Shown: positions 17,565-26,300 of the stretch, piece after piece
How positions within the stretch are numbered: the stretch's first letter is position 1
Layout: each line of letters opens with the position of its first letter
Source of the DNA: Candidatus Parcubacteria bacterium
Lineage (GTDB): Bacteria > Patescibacteriota > Patescibacteriia > Patescibacteriales > UBA12075
Reading direction: 5' to 3'
NCBI GenBank assembly: GCA_963827735.1
Contig: CAWHBO010000003.1
Coordinates: 252,676-316,675 of the forward strand
DNA length: 64,000 nucleotides
Program-made: the position numbers and the translations under genes
The notes under the pieces: model-generated
What the model was told of the DNA's origin: nothing
Databases searched by the model: none
The model's input: the letters and a program-made list of their open reading frames with translations, nothing else

Positions 17565-17708
17565 TTACTTGCCTTCTTTTTGCGCAACTGTCTCCTTCGG
17601 GTTTTTCCCCAAACCGCAATAAATGATCCTAGCTTCTGTTGGTCCAGTAGCGCACTTTTTGTAATAATCCAAAGAAATTCTTGTGCCCTTTTTTCTTGTG
17701 TCGCCCAC
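17565..17708 (-). CDS. Candidate 47-aa basic protein (GTG start)
   Basis: AAGGAGG lies 5 nt upstream of a GTG. Translation: MGDTRKKGTRISLDYYKKCATGPTEARIIYCGLGKNPKETVAQKEGK. The ORF ends 18 nt before the bidirectional terminator. No homolog recognised. Confidence 0.35.
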   Translation of the reverse strand: MGDTRKKGTRISLDYYKKCATGPTEARIIYCGLGKNPKETVAQKEGK

Positions 17709-17790
17709 GATTACCTCCTTGGTTATAGGTTGTTGAATATAAAATAAACAGCGATTGTATGCTATGTGTTGTTTTATTGTTTTGTTGTTT

Positions 17791-18081
17791 TTATTCTTCG
17801 TCTTTCTTGTTCTTCCCGGTATGCTCCTTGATCACTTCAACCAATTTCTTTACTCCTTCTCCGATCAGCAGTAAATATGAGGTTGAGTGTTCAATTTTCT
17901 CTTTGATCATCTTAACCAGTTCATCCAATTTTCCCAAACGGTCGCGCATCTCTTTGACCACTCTGAAAAACTGCTGGAGGATGCGGGCGAAATAGTAAAT
18001 CGTCCAGCAGAGAAAAGCGGCCAAGCCAAGGATGGATACGCCGATTGATAAGTTTAAGAAGTCTTTTGAGGTTTCGAACAT
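17791..18081 (-). CDS. Hypothetical single-pass membrane protein (96 aa)
   Basis: One clear TM segment (SIGVSILGLAAFLCWTIYYFA) followed by a charged helical tail. The ATG lies 3 nt from the cassette arm. Confidence 0.5.
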   Translation of the reverse strand: MFETSKDFLNLSIGVSILGLAAFLCWTIYYFARILQQFFRVVKEMRDRLGKLDELVKMIKEKIEHSTSYLLLIGEGVKKLVEVIKEHTGKNKKDEE

Positions 18082-18083
18082 AA

Positions 18084-18593
18084 GATTACGAAATACGAAT
18101 TTGTACGAATATACGAATCCATATTTATTGCTAATATATATTTAGTATTCTTTTATACTTAAGCCCGTTGCTAGTAATTGAGACTAAAAGGCCTAATTTT
18201 AAATTTGTGATTTTTAAATAGCCTAACAACTGTTTTATATTATTATTCGAAAAATACTCTCCTCTTTTAAGTTCAACTACAATTTTTTCTTCTATAACAA
18301 AATCCATAAAATATCTTCCAATCACCTGCCCCTTAAAACTTACTTTATATGGACATTGCGGTATAAATTTAATTTTATTTTCTTTAAAAGATATTTCCAG
18401 CGCTTTTTGATAATGCTTTTCAAGCAACCCTGGACCGAGTAAATTATTTACTTCAAATAATATTCCTATTATCTTATAACTCAAATCCGGATAAAGAATA
18501 TCTTGATTTCTAACCCCTCCTTGCATAGTAAACGACTACAAAAATATATATTAATAAAATTCGTATATTCGTACAAATTCGTATTTCGTAATC
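18084..18593. mobile_element. Inverted-repeat-flanked GxxExxY cassette
   Basis: 18084-18118 is the exact 35-bp reverse complement of 18559-18593. The single ORF 18131-18526 sits in the loop. Confidence 0.75.
18131..18526 (-). CDS. GxxExxY family protein (PD-(D/E)xK-like small protein)
   Basis: 131 aa containing GLLEKHY (the GxxExxY signature) and a downstream DFVIEEKIVVELK (D...ExK-like) segment. Confidence 0.85.
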   Translation of the reverse strand: MQGGVRNQDILYPDLSYKIIGILFEVNNLLGPGLLEKHYQKALEISFKENKIKFIPQCPYKVSFKGQVIGRYFMDFVIEEKIVVELKRGEYFSNNNIKQLLGYLKITNLKLGLLVSITSNGLKYKRILNIY

Positions 18594-21025
18594 TAAAAGT
18601 CCCGTATCGCCGCCTCAAACCGCTCCTCCAATCTTTTCACCAATTTCCCCTGCAGATCGTCGATCTCTGCCGCTGTCAAAGTTCGGTCCGCCTGATAGAT
18701 GATGTGGAATGCCATGTTTTTTTTATCTTTACCGATCTTGTCGCCCGTATACACGTCAAACAAATCAACGCTCTTTATATACTCATGAAAATCCACGATC
18801 TCTTTCTGAATATCGTTATAAAGGGTTTTTTTGTTGATGACAAAAGCAAGATCGCGGATAACCGGCGGAAATTTCTCAAAGCCGATAAATTTCTGCTCTT
18901 TTCCTGATTCCGCCTTCTCTAACTCTCTGATGCTGATTTCCGCGACAGCCGCTTGTTTCTTTATCCCGAGCCTTTTAAGCGCTTCTTTGCTTACAATCCC
19001 AAGCGTTCCCACCGCTTGTCCGTCTGCGCTGATAAGAGTGTTGGTCCCCGCCTCTAACCATGCTTGTCCATTTTCCATTGGATCAAAAAATGAGGCGAGA
19101 GAAAATTTCTTAAACAAGTTTTCAATCGCGCCCTTAGCTTCAAAAAATACGCTCTCCCTTTGTTCTCCGGCAAAGATAAGGCCAATCCTTTTTTCCTGAA
19201 AAGGCAGATTACCGGCATCGCTGCCGCCTTTTTCTATGCCGCCCTCCAAGGAAGAATAAATGTTTCCGATTTCAAACAATCTGATGCTCTCAAATCTTGC
19301 TTGATTGGTCTTTACATTGTTAAGCAGATTGGGGGTCAAGCTCTGGCGGCACAAAGAGTGCTGTTTGACAATCGGGTTCATGAGCTTTAAATGCGAAGAA
19401 GAATCAAGGCCCAGCTTTTGGATCTGCTCTTCGCCGACAAAAGAATAATTGCAAACTTCCGTCATAGCCGGGCTTCCACTCAAACAAAGCCTGATTTTTT
19501 TGAGAAGCTCCCATTCAAAATTTCTTTCTGGCGGGGTCATTTCAACAAGCGGCATGCTTGGGCAAAGATTGTCATAGCCGATGATGCGGGCGACTTCTTC
19601 CGCCAGATCCTCTTTGATGGATATGTCTTTGGTGGCGCGCCAGGTCGGGACAAGCGCGGAAATAAGTTTATCTTTTTTTACCGCTATAAACCCTAAATTG
19701 CTAAGAATCTTTATCACTCTCTTACTGTCCAATTCCTGACCTAAAAATTTGTTCAGCCAATGCATGCTGATCTCAATCGGCCCTTGGTTTAATTGAAAAT
19801 CTTTTTCATCCGCCATCAGCCCCAAGATTTCCGCCTCCGGGCAGATCTGCTTGATAAGCTCAACCGTCCTGAGGACGGCTGTTTCACACAGATTGGGATC
19901 CAAAGATTTTTCAAATCTGGCTGAAGCTTCAGTGCGGAGCCCCAGCCTTTGGGAAGTTTTCCTGACTGACACAAAATCAAAATTTGCCGATTCAATGATG
20001 ATGCTTTCCGTATCATCTGATATCTCGCTGTTTTCCCCGCCCATCACCCCGGCAATGGCGATCGCTTTTTCTTTATCGGCGATCACCAGCATCTCTTCAT
20101 CCAGTTCCCTTTTTTTTCCGTCTAAAGTAACCATTTGCTCTCCCCTTTCGGCGCGCCTGATGATGATATCGCAATCTTGGGCGCCGGCGGCGCAAAGATA
20201 GTTTTTGTCAAAAGCGTGCAGCGGCTGGCCGAATTCCAACATGACATAATTCGTGATATCAACGATGTTGCTGATGGGCCTGACTCCCGCCGCCAAAAGT
20301 CTTTTTTGCATCCATTCCGGAGAAGGTTTTATCTTGATGCCGTCAACGGCCACAGCCATATATCTGGGGCATAATTTTTTATCCTCCACTTTAACATTAA
20401 CCTTGAATTCGCTTCCGGAATTGGCGATCAGGCTCTGACTGGTTTTATATTCTTTGAATTTTGCCCCAAGAAAAGCGGCCACTTCCCGGGCCATGCCATA
20501 GTGCCCCCAGAGGTCAGGGCGATTGGTGATGGATTTGTTGTCCACTTCATATATGACATCTTTCAATTTTAAAAGCTGTCCGAGCGGCTCTCCGACTTTC
20601 GCTTTCTTGTCCAAAATCATGATACCGGAATGATCCAAGCCGAGACCGAGTTCGTCCGGAGCGCATAGCATGCCTTCTGATTTTTCGCCTCTGATCTCCG
20701 CCGGTTTGATCTCCATTCCATTCGGCAACACCGCTCCGATCATGGCTACCGGCACTCTCTGTCCCGCTTCAATGTTCAAAGCCCCGCAAACGATCGTCAG
20801 TTCTTTGCCGGGCACCTCCACAACGGCAATCCGGAGCTTATCAGCATTCGGGTGAGCTTTAACGCTCTTGATCTTGCCGACGATGACAGCTTTAAATTTA
20901 TCCGCTTCTTTAAAAACGCCGTCAATCTCAACGGTATGCATGGTCAATCTTGCTCCCAGCTCTTCCGGAGTCAAGCTTTTGGGAAGGTCAACGTAATCTT
21001 TTAGCCAATCCAATGATAGAAACAT
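18593..21025 (-). CDS. pheT: Phenylalanine--tRNA ligase beta subunit
   Basis: 810 aa with an N-terminal tRNA-binding domain (AHPNADKLRI), B3/4 and B5 regions, and a C-terminal FDX-ACB-like end. It is adjacent to pheS. Confidence 0.95.
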   Translation of the reverse strand: MFLSLDWLKDYVDLPKSLTPEELGARLTMHTVEIDGVFKEADKFKAVIVGKIKSVKAHPNADKLRIAVVEVPGKELTIVCGALNIEAGQRVPVAMIGAVLPNGMEIKPAEIRGEKSEGMLCAPDELGLGLDHSGIMILDKKAKVGEPLGQLLKLKDVIYEVDNKSITNRPDLWGHYGMAREVAAFLGAKFKEYKTSQSLIANSGSEFKVNVKVEDKKLCPRYMAVAVDGIKIKPSPEWMQKRLLAAGVRPISNIVDITNYVMLEFGQPLHAFDKNYLCAAGAQDCDIIIRRAERGEQMVTLDGKKRELDEEMLVIADKEKAIAIAGVMGGENSEISDDTESIIIESANFDFVSVRKTSQRLGLRTEASARFEKSLDPNLCETAVLRTVELIKQICPEAEILGLMADEKDFQLNQGPIEISMHWLNKFLGQELDSKRVIKILSNLGFIAVKKDKLISALVPTWRATKDISIKEDLAEEVARIIGYDNLCPSMPLVEMTPPERNFEWELLKKIRLCLSGSPAMTEVCNYSFVGEEQIQKLGLDSSSHLKLMNPIVKQHSLCRQSLTPNLLNNVKTNQARFESIRLFEIGNIYSSLEGGIEKGGSDAGNLPFQEKRIGLIFAGEQRESVFFEAKGAIENLFKKFSLASFFDPMENGQAWLEAGTNTLISADGQAVGTLGIVSKEALKRLGIKKQAAVAEISIRELEKAESGKEQKFIGFEKFPPVIRDLAFVINKKTLYNDIQKEIVDFHEYIKSVDLFDVYTGDKIGKDKKNMAFHIIYQADRTLTAAEIDDLQGKLVKRLEERFEAAIRDF

Positions 21026-21087
21026 AATATTGTCTATTTTAAAATGTTTTATATTAAAATTATATTTTAGGAATCTAAGCTATCGCT

Positions 21088-21232
21088 AATTTTCAATTTT
21101 CAATTTACACCCATTCGGGTACAAGCAATTTTCAAACAATGAATTAATTTTCAATGAATAAATGTTTAAAACATTTAAAAATTATAGAATTGAAAATTGT
21201 TTGAAAATTAAAAATTGAAAATTGAAAATTTT
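21088..21232. repeat. ORF-less hairpin between pheS and pheT (TTGAAAA / TTTTCAA units)
   Basis: Left arm TAATTTTCAATTTTCAATTT. The right arm 21188-21232 is identical to 12111-12155. A central ATGTTTAAAACAT palindrome is present. Confidence 0.65.
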
Positions 21233-21262
21233 TGTATTATAAAACAAAATTCAAATCAAATA

Positions 21263-22306
21263 TCAAAATTGTTCGAGGAAACGAATGTCCCCGCCATTAA
21301 ACAATCTTATATCTTCAACCCCGTATTTCATCATGGCGAGGCGCGTAAGCCCCAGGCCGAAAGCGAAGCCGGAGTGTTTTTCCGGATCAATGCCGCCGGA
21401 GCTGAGGACATTGGGATGAACCATGCCGCCGGGCATCAATTCCAGCCACCCGCTCTGCTTGCAGCTCGGGCAGCCTTGTCCGCCGCAAATTGTGCATTTG
21501 ATATCCAGCTCAATCCCCGGTTCAACGAAAGGAAAGTACCCCGGCCTGATCCTGGTCTCAATGTCTCTGCCAAAAATTCCATTTACCAATTTTTTCATAA
21601 CCGCGATCAGATTACCCATGGAAATCCCTTCCCCAATCATCAAGCCTTCCATCTGGTTGAAAGTGTGCTCATGGCAAGCGTCCAGTTCTTCATTGCGAAA
21701 AACGCGTCCGGGAACCACAGCGCGGAGCGGTGCGCCATATTTCCGCATGGCGCGAACCTGCATGGGGGAAGTGTGGGTGCGCATCACCAAATCGTTTTTC
21801 TGTATGTCCCCGTCCTTGCTTGACGCCGGCGCTGCCACATAAAAAGTATCCTGCATGTCTCTGGCCGGATGATGGGACGGAATGTTTAAAGCTTCAAAAT
21901 TATAAAAATCGCTTTCCAATTCCGGTCCGTCCAAAATCATAAAACCCATGGAGGAAAACAAATCGCCAAGCTCTTCTTGCATCTGCGAAATCGGATGGAT
22001 ATGCCCGGTCTCAAACTTTTTTCCCGGAACAGTAACATCAATGAACTCATCAGCCCTGCCTGTCCCTTCAACCGCTTCTTTGGCAGCCGCAAATTTTGCC
22101 ATGATCTCCAATTTAACATCATTGACCAGCTTGCCCGTGGTTTTCTTGTCTGCTGCGCTTAAGCCGGAAAGTCCGCGCAAAATTTCCGTAAATTCACCCT
22201 TACGCCCGAGATACTTGATTTCCAAATCGCGGAGCGCGGCACTGTCTTTGATGCCGGCTAAAGCATCTGATATTTCTTTTTTTATTTTTTCTAGTTGTTC
22301 ATTCAT
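21263..22306 (-). CDS. pheS: Phenylalanine--tRNA ligase alpha subunit
   Basis: 347 aa with class II motifs (HPARDMQDTFY, FRNEELDACHEHTFNQMEG, GFAFGLGLTRLAM). Confidence 0.95.
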   Translation of the reverse strand: MNEQLEKIKKEISDALAGIKDSAALRDLEIKYLGRKGEFTEILRGLSGLSAADKKTTGKLVNDVKLEIMAKFAAAKEAVEGTGRADEFIDVTVPGKKFETGHIHPISQMQEELGDLFSSMGFMILDGPELESDFYNFEALNIPSHHPARDMQDTFYVAAPASSKDGDIQKNDLVMRTHTSPMQVRAMRKYGAPLRAVVPGRVFRNEELDACHEHTFNQMEGLMIGEGISMGNLIAVMKKLVNGIFGRDIETRIRPGYFPFVEPGIELDIKCTICGGQGCPSCKQSGWLELMPGGMVHPNVLSSGGIDPEKHSGFAFGLGLTRLAMMKYGVEDIRLFNGGDIRFLEQF

Positions 22307-22314
22307 ATTTTTAT

Positions 22315-22470
22315 CTCATAACTCATAACTTAGAACTCGTAACATTTTTCTCATAACTCGTAACTTGGAACTCATAACTTTTTTTAAAAAATCTTTTAAG
22401 GTTAGATGTTATGAGTTATGAGTTATGAGTTATGAGTTATGAGTTATGAGTTATGAGTTATGAGTTATGT
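22315..22470. repeat. Hairpin with a (GTTATGA)x8 tandem heptamer arm
   Basis: There are eight perfect GTTATGA units at 22408-22463, then GTTATGT. The left arm (CTCATAACTCATAAC..., 22315-22379) is complementary. The element spans the spacer from the pheS start to the stop of the upstream gene. Confidence 0.75.
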
Positions 22471-22878
22471 GCTCTTCTCAAAGCTTAACCAAAAAAACTC
22501 CAGCACCGTCAGCCCCAGCACCAGCAAAGCCAGATTCAGCCAGGAAAACATTCCTTGACTCAAAAGAAAAAGGCTTATGGCCATCAGGGCGGAAAAAAGG
22601 AATGACTGGCGAAAGGCGTCTTTTACCAGGCGGAATGCCATCTCCTTTTTTAAGACAAAAAACCGAAAAAGGAACCCAAGCAGCGCAGAAATCCCAATCA
22701 AACTAAAAGTTAAAGACACGTAAAAAAGCGTAAATCCGATCCAATTGGTGGCTTCCGGGTTAACGGTAAACACAACATAAATGCATGAAATCAAGCATAA
22801 TGCTGTCATGATTGACATTATGATTATATATTTTTTAAGAGTCATGCATTTTTTCATGAATCCGCCGCTTTCCCGCAA
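22465..22878 (-). CDS. Hypothetical multi-pass membrane protein
   Basis: 137 aa with four hydrophobic segments. The stop codon lies inside the last heptamer unit. The start may be the internal MKKCMTL. Confidence 0.6.
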   Translation of the reverse strand: MRESGGFMKKCMTLKKYIIIMSIMTALCLISCIYVVFTVNPEATNWIGFTLFYVSLTFSLIGISALLGFLFRFFVLKKEMAFRLVKDAFRQSFLFSALMAISLFLLSQGMFSWLNLALLVLGLTVLEFFWLSFEKST

Positions 22879-22961
22879 AACGCAGAACAGGGCAAGCGGA
22901 TATCATCAAACACAAATTTAAGCTTAACATAAGCGATAATATTTTTCAAGTTGTTATTTTT

Positions 22962-25900
22962 CTACTCAAATTCCACGTCAAACTGGTACCAGGCCCCGAT
23001 ATGAAACAAAGAATCATTGGTTGAGGCTATGATTTGGAAAACATAGTCTCCTGCCGGCAGAATTACTTGCTGGGGCGGAAGAGGATCAGAAACGACCGGA
23101 CCAACGCCGCCGGGACAATCATAACCGCCACCGGGAGCATGAGCACTACCTATCAATGTGCCATTGACAAAAAAAGACATCACGTCAAAGCTAGATTTTT
23201 CTGTTTCGCCGTATCCGGACCAGGTCACATTGACAGTGGTCGTGTCGCATAATTTAACATTGGTAATAGCGCCGGCGGTTTGTTTGAAAGGATTATATCC
23301 CACGCCGCAATTGCTATCATTTTCCCAATTCAATCTCATAGTTTTTCCTCCGTTGCTCACCACCCAAGGACTTGAAGGAACTGAAAGAGGATCGGTGTAC
23401 GAGCGATAAGCTCCCTCCTGGCCTCCGCTAATGAATCCATGATCGGTAAATGTCCAATTCTGGTTAAAGGTGCAGCAGCTTCCGTTCTGTTCGCATCCGT
23501 TGGACCAATCGCCATCGCAATTGTTCCAGCCGGAAACGCAGTCACAAACAGGCACGCAGGCATCGCAGGTTCCGCTGCCGGAACAGGTCATTGAGCAGCT
23601 GCCGACAGTGTTCGCGGCCGTACAATCGGTCGTACCACAGGCTGACGCGCCGGCGCTCCATTCCAAACAAGGATCGCCATCGTAATTTCCGCAAGTGAAA
23701 TAATCAAAAGTCCCGGAGCACATTCTTGATCCGGACGGACTGCAATCATTGTTGCAGCATTGGGATATGTTAAGAGTGCAGTTAGCATTGCAAGCCAGCG
23801 TTCCTCCGCTGAACCCTTCAGTGGCGCAAGTTTTGGAATCAAGATTTAAGCCTTCGCATGTTTCTCCCCAAGCTCCTTGCACAAAATCGTCCCCGCACCA
23901 CTCATTGGGCCGGAGCAGAAGGGAAAAATCTTTTTGAGCCTCCGTACCGCACTGATTTAAAGCGGTTAAAGTTACAGTTACCGGAACTCCGGCCGGAGGT
24001 ATGATTGAATTAAAAGCGGAAACATTTATGAGTCCAGTGGCAGAATTTATAGAAACATTCGTGGCGGCTGGTACAGCCGTATGGGTCAGAGACCATGTTT
24101 CTCCGCCCAAAGCAGCATTGGTATCAGCTAAACCAACAAAAGTCCACGGGCCGTGATAAAGATCAGCGATGGGGACGCTGTCCGGGACAGCATAAACAAC
24201 CGGAACTGTCGGTATATCAAAATTGGAAGTGATGATAAAATTTTCCGGAGTAACATTTAAAAGAAAAGTTTGGGTGTTGGCGGCGGAAAAAGGAGCATCG
24301 GTCAGGGAAAAAAATTCATCTCTGACCGCCAGATTTATTGGATAAATTCCAGCCGTTTCGGCATAACCATTTAAACTGCCGGTACCGGCATTGAAAGCAA
24401 GGTTAAAGGGAAGCGATCCGGAATTCAAAAATGCAAAACTGTGGCCATCTGGGTCGGTAGCGGCCAGTGCATAAGCATAATTCACGCAAGCATCTATGTT
24501 TGTTATCGGAACCGATGAGATTGTTGGGGGATTGTTGGCAAGATTGATGGTAAAAGCAACAGGCGGCTTGGATTCCGCTCCGCTTGTGTCTTTAGCCGTT
24601 AGGCTGGCTGCATATGATCGAGTGCGATCCGCGACAATTCCCGCAACATGATGGTCATGATTGTTGCTATCCAAAAAACCAACGCTGTTGAACCCCGCGG
24701 GAATTCCGGTAAAATTGAAATTTAAGGGAAAACTGATGTCCGCATCCGAAGCCTCAATGAGAAGATTGATGGGGCGGCCGATGATGGAATTGATGGTAAA
24801 GGGCGTGGGGGCGACATTGGAATACAACACAACCCCTGTATCAACATTGGTGATGCGGGTGATGACCGGCGGAACGCAGTCCGTAACCATGATCGTCTGA
24901 TGGAATGAGGCCGAAAGACCCTTGCCATCGTTAACAGTAACAATAAAATGGTAATTGCCGATCGATCCGGCTGAAGGAGCATAAACTTCTTTCATGCCGG
25001 GAACAGCTGTGTTGCGCATAACCGGCGCGGTCGGCCAGCTTGACCACTGGGAATCAGGGGTGATATCAAGAGCCCAATCAAGATTATCGCCATCCGGATC
25101 GGTCCCGGAAAAATATGCCTTAAGCTCTTTGGTTCCGCAGACAATCAAATTGCTTTCACCTTCAATCGCCGGAGGGCGATTGTCAATTTGGGCCGCAACC
25201 ATGTATTCAACGCTGCCGTCGCAGGCGCCTTCTGTGGCCTCCGTGATATAGCCTGATTCCATGACCGAGCATACAGAAAACTCAAGGCCTTGAGCGTCGC
25301 TGACATAAAGATAAGCGCGGCTGTCGGCAGGAAGATTGATCGCAGGATCAGATGTATCTGAATCAGCAAATCTCTTGGAGCTTTCATCCCAGCAGGTAAC
25401 GGCGTTAAAGCTTGCTCCCCCGCAGTCCCCCAGTCGGTTGATGGGATCGGAAGGAAGCTTCTGTCCCAAGGTCTGAGACAAAACTTTCTGCCAGCTGGGC
25501 CAGGTGGAGACGACAGTGCTCGGGAGATATGATCCGGACTTGACTGCCGGAAAACCACCGTTCTTTTTCTTATAGCTTAAAATTGCTGATTTCATGTCGG
25601 CAATGTCTTCCAAACGGATCGTATCCCTGATGATCTCGGCTTTATCGCTTTGGCAGAAATCATCATCGGCGCAGTCGGAATCAATCAGGCATACAGTGCT
25701 TGACGCTTGTTGGCAATTTCCGGGACTGGAATGATTGGCGTTAAATTTCCAATGCCTGAGCATCTGGGCGAACATATCAGTCGTCTGCTGCTCGGCTGAT
25801 TGATTGTATGATATGAGGTAAATGTTGGTGTACAAAGAAGCGCCGTCAATGTTGGCGACATTGACATAAACCGTGCGTCCATCCCGGACTGCGCGATACC

Positions 25901-26105
25901 CGTCAACAGTAAGCGCTTGCGGCGAACCGGAAAACTTCTTTTCGCCGTACCAGCGGGCGGCGCTTAAATGCTCAGGGTTGGGAATCACGCGGATAGCGAT
26001 AGCGTCCGGCGAAGTTTGGGCCTTAACAGCAAAAAAGACCGCCAGGATGGATATTGCTGGAATAATATGCAAAATTAACAGCTTAAGGATAGATTTTGAG
26101 CTCAT
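22962..26105 (-). CDS. Large secreted protein with cadherin-like (putative Ig, DPDG) repeats and a Cys-rich module
   Basis: 1047 aa with an N-terminal signal anchor and repeats bearing GTDPDGDNLDW / ATDPDGHSFAF. A Cys-rich block begins CGDDFVQGAWGETCEG, which resembles the Myxococcus-type cysteine-rich repeat. A beta-rich C-terminal domain follows. Confidence 0.8.
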   Translation of the reverse strand: MSSKSILKLLILHIIPAISILAVFFAVKAQTSPDAIAIRVIPNPEHLSAARWYGEKKFSGSPQALTVDGYRAVRDGRTVYVNVANIDGASLYTNIYLISYNQSAEQQTTDMFAQMLRHWKFNANHSSPGNCQQASSTVCLIDSDCADDDFCQSDKAEIIRDTIRLEDIADMKSAILSYKKKNGGFPAVKSGSYLPSTVVSTWPSWQKVLSQTLGQKLPSDPINRLGDCGGASFNAVTCWDESSKRFADSDTSDPAINLPADSRAYLYVSDAQGLEFSVCSVMESGYITEATEGACDGSVEYMVAAQIDNRPPAIEGESNLIVCGTKELKAYFSGTDPDGDNLDWALDITPDSQWSSWPTAPVMRNTAVPGMKEVYAPSAGSIGNYHFIVTVNDGKGLSASFHQTIMVTDCVPPVITRITNVDTGVVLYSNVAPTPFTINSIIGRPINLLIEASDADISFPLNFNFTGIPAGFNSVGFLDSNNHDHHVAGIVADRTRSYAASLTAKDTSGAESKPPVAFTINLANNPPTISSVPITNIDACVNYAYALAATDPDGHSFAFLNSGSLPFNLAFNAGTGSLNGYAETAGIYPINLAVRDEFFSLTDAPFSAANTQTFLLNVTPENFIITSNFDIPTVPVVYAVPDSVPIADLYHGPWTFVGLADTNAALGGETWSLTHTAVPAATNVSINSATGLINVSAFNSIIPPAGVPVTVTLTALNQCGTEAQKDFSLLLRPNEWCGDDFVQGAWGETCEGLNLDSKTCATEGFSGGTLACNANCTLNISQCCNNDCSPSGSRMCSGTFDYFTCGNYDGDPCLEWSAGASACGTTDCTAANTVGSCSMTCSGSGTCDACVPVCDCVSGWNNCDGDWSNGCEQNGSCCTFNQNWTFTDHGFISGGQEGAYRSYTDPLSVPSSPWVVSNGGKTMRLNWENDSNCGVGYNPFKQTAGAITNVKLCDTTTVNVTWSGYGETEKSSFDVMSFFVNGTLIGSAHAPGGGYDCPGGVGPVVSDPLPPQQVILPAGDYVFQIIASTNDSLFHIGAWYQFDVEFE

Positions 26106-26165
26106 GGGGAGAGAATTTTGAGTTTTACACTTTTATTTATTATACCACAAAAAGAGGTGATTTTA

Positions 26166-26188
26166 CAAAAAAAGCCCTGAGAGGGCTT
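26166..26188 (-). terminator. Rho-independent terminator downstream of the helicase gene
   Basis: AAGCCCT-CTC-AGGGCTT on the minus strand, followed by a T-run. Confidence 0.55.
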
Positions 26189-26213
26189 ATAAATTAAAAC
26201 TTATTTATCATTC

Positions 26214-26290
26214 TAAATTCCACCCCACTTTAGTGGGCTTTAATATAATAAATTTTAAAACCATAAAGCCGACTGAAGTCGGGTAGAAAT
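26214..26290. repeat. Single A-B two-hairpin unit (same family as 29341-29575)
   Basis: AAATTCCACCCCACTTTAGTGGGCTTTA ... ATAAAGCCGACTGAAGTCGGGTAGAAAT, directly after the helicase stop codon. Confidence 0.7.
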
Positions 26291-26300
26291 TATTAAAAAA

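Noticed and set aside
21215-21823. 202-aa plus-strand ORF beginning MKIENF.
   Set aside because: It starts inside the spacer hairpin and runs antisense through pheS, which has clear class II synthetase motifs.
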